A stretch of DNA of 64,000 bases from Tubulanus polymorphus (Eukaryota > Animalia > Nemertea), in contig NC_134026.1 of NCBI RefSeq assembly GCF_964204645.1, positions 18,696,150 through 18,760,149 of the forward strand. Reading direction: 5' to 3'. Below are positions 60,631 to 64,000 of the stretch, in pieces; positions within the stretch are counted from its first letter, which is position 1; each line of letters begins with the position of its first letter. The notes under the pieces are model-generated. The model ran no database searches and had not been told where the DNA came from. It was given only the letters and a program-made list of their open reading frames with translations. Position numbers and translations under genes: made by a program.

Positions 60631-62272
60631 GGATTACAGAACACAGGATATCAAATCAAGCACATCATACATATATTCTGGTTGTTGAGCAGCACGGTGG
60701 GAGCCCACCATACTTCAAGTAGTTTATACTCCACATCCAAGCAATCATGTATAATTGATACTTATAGGAAACTGGTGAAGAAACAAGGCGATTCATCAAG
60801 TATGTATAGAGTAGTTTCTACAGAAAGCAACTTTGGAGTTAGATGGCCGCCAGTCAACATTAAGACCAAGATTCATCTTTTTATGATGTCATCTTATATT
60901 CCAATGTGAATTATCAATGCTCTACGAAAACTACATAATCGATACACTTTACAGGGGCCAAATGAAACAGGCGTCCAGGACGACCAGTTAAAGGTACTGG
61001 TACGACATCCGGGATCTGAAATGGTCAATTCCATACCTGCTATATATTACCAACTAATAACATGACATTCATGCTAGAAAAAAGGTACTAAAAATATTTC
61101 ATGCAAGAGAAACATGGATTTTAGAACGAAGGATGCCAGAAGCACATCATACATATATTCTGGTTGTTGAGCAGCACAGTGAGAGCCCACCATACTTCAA
61201 GTAGTTTATACTCGACACCCAAGCAACTATGTATAATTGATACTTATAGGAAACTGGTGAAGAAACAAGGCGATTCATCAAGAAGTTATAAGAGTAGTTT
61301 CTACAGAAGGCAACTTTGGAGTTAGATAGCCGCCAGTCGACATTAAGACCAAGATTCATCCTTTTATAATGTCATCTTATATTCCAATGTGAATTATCAA
61401 TGCTCTACGAAAACTACATAATCAATACACTTTACAGGGGGCAATAATGAAACAGGCGTCCAGGACGACCAGTTGTCGATACTGGTACGACATCCGGGAT
61501 CTGAAATGGTCAATTCCATACCTGCTAATTACCCTCTTAAAAATATAACATCACTCATGCTTGAAAAAATAATTGAAATATTTCACATGGAAGCAGAGAA
61601 AACATGGATTACAGAACCCAGGATGTTTAATGAAGCCAATCATACAAATATTCCGGTTGTTGAGCAGCACGGTGGGAGTCCACCATACTTCAAGTAGTTT
61701 ATACTCCATACCCAAGCAACCATGCATGTATAATTGATACTTAAGGGAAACTGTTGAAGAAACAAGGCGATTCATCAAGTACGTATAGAGTAGTTTCTAC
61801 TAAAGGCCACTTCGGAGTAAGATGGCCGCCAGTCTCCTGGATGATATTAAGGCCGAGGTTCATCTTATGTTAATGTCATCTGATATTCTAATGTGAATTA
61901 TCAATGCTCTACATAGAGAACACTATCATAACACTTTACAGGTGGCAATAATGAAACAGGCGTCCAGGACGACCAGTTTACGGTACTGGTACGACATCCG
62001 GGATCTGAAATGGTCAATTCCATACCTGCTAATTACCCTCTAATAACATGACATTAATACTAGAAAAAAGGTAATAAAAATATTTCATGCGAGAGAAACA
62101 CAGATTTCAGAACGAAGGATGCCAAATGAAGCACAACATACATATATTTTGGTTGTTGAGCAGCGCAGTGGGAGCCCACCATACTTCAAGTAGTTTATAC
62201 TCCACACCCAAGCAACCATGCATGTATAATTGATACTTAAGGGAAACTGGTAAAGAAACAAGGCGATTCATC

Positions 62273-62589
62273 AGCTGCAATCATACCGAGACGATTTGGC
62301 CCGGGCCAAACTGGCAGGGATCAGACTCGGGCCAAATTTGGCCCGTGCCTAATTAGAGAGCGCGTTCACAAGCAAACCATTCACTCAATACTAAACAATG
62401 CTCAAACAAAGCGAAGTGGATCATTTCCGGTGCCAGCAGTTGCAATTGAAAGGCAATCATTTGTTTGGTGCTAAAATTTGGCTTAGGCATGGTCCGACGT
62501 TATTGGTCGGGCCAAACAGGCTCGGACCCATTTGGCACCCGTGTGAACAGTTGTTCCGGGCCAAATTTGGCCTCATGGGGATCGAGGCT
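62273..62589. mobile_element. MITE (gccaaatttggccc/cctaattagagagcgcg family) with 3-bp TSD ATC; related copies at ~15860-16145, ~31920-32150 and ~54760-54935
   Basis: Interrupts gattcatc|aagtatg of the array unit; subterminal inverted ggccaaatttggcc motifs; shared core in four places. Confidence 0.75.
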
Positions 62590-64000
62590 ATCAAGTATGT
62601 ATAGAGTAGTTTCTACTAAAGGCCACGTATTAAGATAGCTGCCAGTTGGCTGGATTAAGACCAACATAAATCTTTTGATAATATCATCTAATATTCCAAT
62701 ATGAAATTTTAATTCTCAATGCTCTACATACACAGGGATGAAAAGAGAGGCGTTTAAAAAACGTGGAAAAATTTGAAATAAAAGTTTTAGGCTAACTACT
62801 GCTGGCTTGTCGCGAGCACCGTAAGTGAGAAGTCCCTAAAGGGGGGTTTGGGGGACCTCCCCCGCGAAAATTAAGAAATTTCAATTAAAACAATGACTAC
62901 TTTTATTGAGCATGCACGTGGTAATAATAAAGATGATATTTATTAAACATCATCTTAATTATTACCACGTGCATCTTCACATTGTTGGCCGTCAGCGGGA
63001 CGATGTACAACGGCGCGTAAAGATAATTGACTTTTAATTGGAAATGGCGTCACTACAGTGGCGCTCCGCCTACGCACGCACAGATACCACAACAAGCACA
63101 CATATATACATTGTAGCAGAACGTCCTTGGAAACAGAGACCAAGATAACATAACACAGAAGCGACGACGAGTACAAGCAAACGAACACTTTTAGGGTCTG
63201 TGCCATTACTGGTCGCCGCGAGGAATTCTCACCCAATTTCCGGAATTGACATCGGCGATCCTAAATTTCCGGAATTCCGGAAAACTAGCATCTCTGAAAC
63301 TAGAGATGGGTCTTCTGTTCAACAAAATGCTGAACACTTAGTTAGTTACCTTGGAGGAAATCTTGGTATTAAAAGTAAAATGCTCCTATCCCACATTTGG
63401 TAACATTGTATTGTCTAAACCTTATCAAAACTAAAAAAATCTCGAAAATTGACCTCCTCAAATTACTTCATTGTTTACACAAAATTAACAGGAAAAAGTT
63501 AACCCCGAAGCACTGGATGCAAACAATTTCTTGTGATGAGCAGATTTCTTTATTTTTCTAATCGCAATCAATATACTCAAATATTGTATTTCGATACACG
63601 TAAACCACTAGTTGTCACAAAATTATAAATATGCCAAATGAATACTCCCTAATATTAGAGGTATGAAGCTAAAATTGAAATAATGACTATTAAAATTTGC
63701 ATGCACCACCAGTTCAAACAGTAAAAGGGCAAGAAATAGGTAACAATAACTTGCCCGTGGGCAAAGCGGTTTACCTCAAAAACTAGAGCTTGTTCGCCTA
63801 GGGCATTGCCTATGAGAAATCTTTTTATTTTTAGAGTTCAAAGTTCTATTCTATATTGTATTTTTTTCTTTTATAAAGAATTGTTTTGTAGTCAAATAAA
63901 ACCAAAAATAGATACACGGTCCATAGCCAAAATTTGGTAGGGTCGGTAGGTAGATAGGGAAAAAAAATTATTTGAAAAAATATTTTTCACACAATATCAA

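Larger units (their letters stand above)
58809..62730. repeat. Tandem array of a ~480-bp unit, about 5.5 diverged copies, interrupted by two transposon insertions
   Basis: Recurring taattgatactta..ggaaactggtgaagaaacaaggcgattcatcaag at ~58816, 60752, 61233, 61731 and 62227; ggtacgacatc(c/a)gggatctgaaatggt at ~59075, 59406, 60998, 61484 and 61988. Confidence 0.92.

Noticed and set aside
58809-62730. Repeat array as a CRISPR-like or repeat-spacer system
   Set aside because: Whole ~480-bp units are homologous, with no unique spacers and no cas genes, in a eukaryotic context. The short ORFs in it (58989, 60544, 61473 etc.) are not conserved in frame between units.

Overview
Eukaryotic, AT-rich, intron- and repeat-rich animal genomic DNA. 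The gene families suggest a lophotrochozoan-type marine invertebrate, but this is inference. Splice sites read by hand give two multi-exon minus-strand genes: (1) a 16-coding-exon, ~601-aa REC8-type meiotic kleisin (55040->28526) and (2) a ~1460-aa protein with a C-terminal MIEAP/SPATA18-type domain (25098->3239), which appears to have an alternative first exon encoding an N-myristoylation motif (15079->14986). Also present: an intact single-exon rhodopsin-family peptide-type GPCR (56995-57960, +), a frameshifted GPCR pseudogene nested in an intron (6344-7400, -), and a full-length but disabled BEL/Pao LTR retrotransposon (38344-44402; 217-bp LTRs, tRNA-His PBS, 5-bp TSD) inserted in the terminal repeat of a piggyBac-type MITE in rec8 intron 9. 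The rest comprises a ~480-bp tandem array (58.8-62.7 kb), a tRNA-derived SINE, Sola, Harbinger and RTE remnants, and many nested MITEs. There are no CRISPR arrays, rRNA or intact tRNA genes. I see no clear-cut new biological system. The best leads are isoform-specific membrane targeting of the MIEAP-domain gene, a REC8 linker lacking canonical ExxR separase sites, a duplicated poison splice acceptor in rec8, and an intronic double hairpin.
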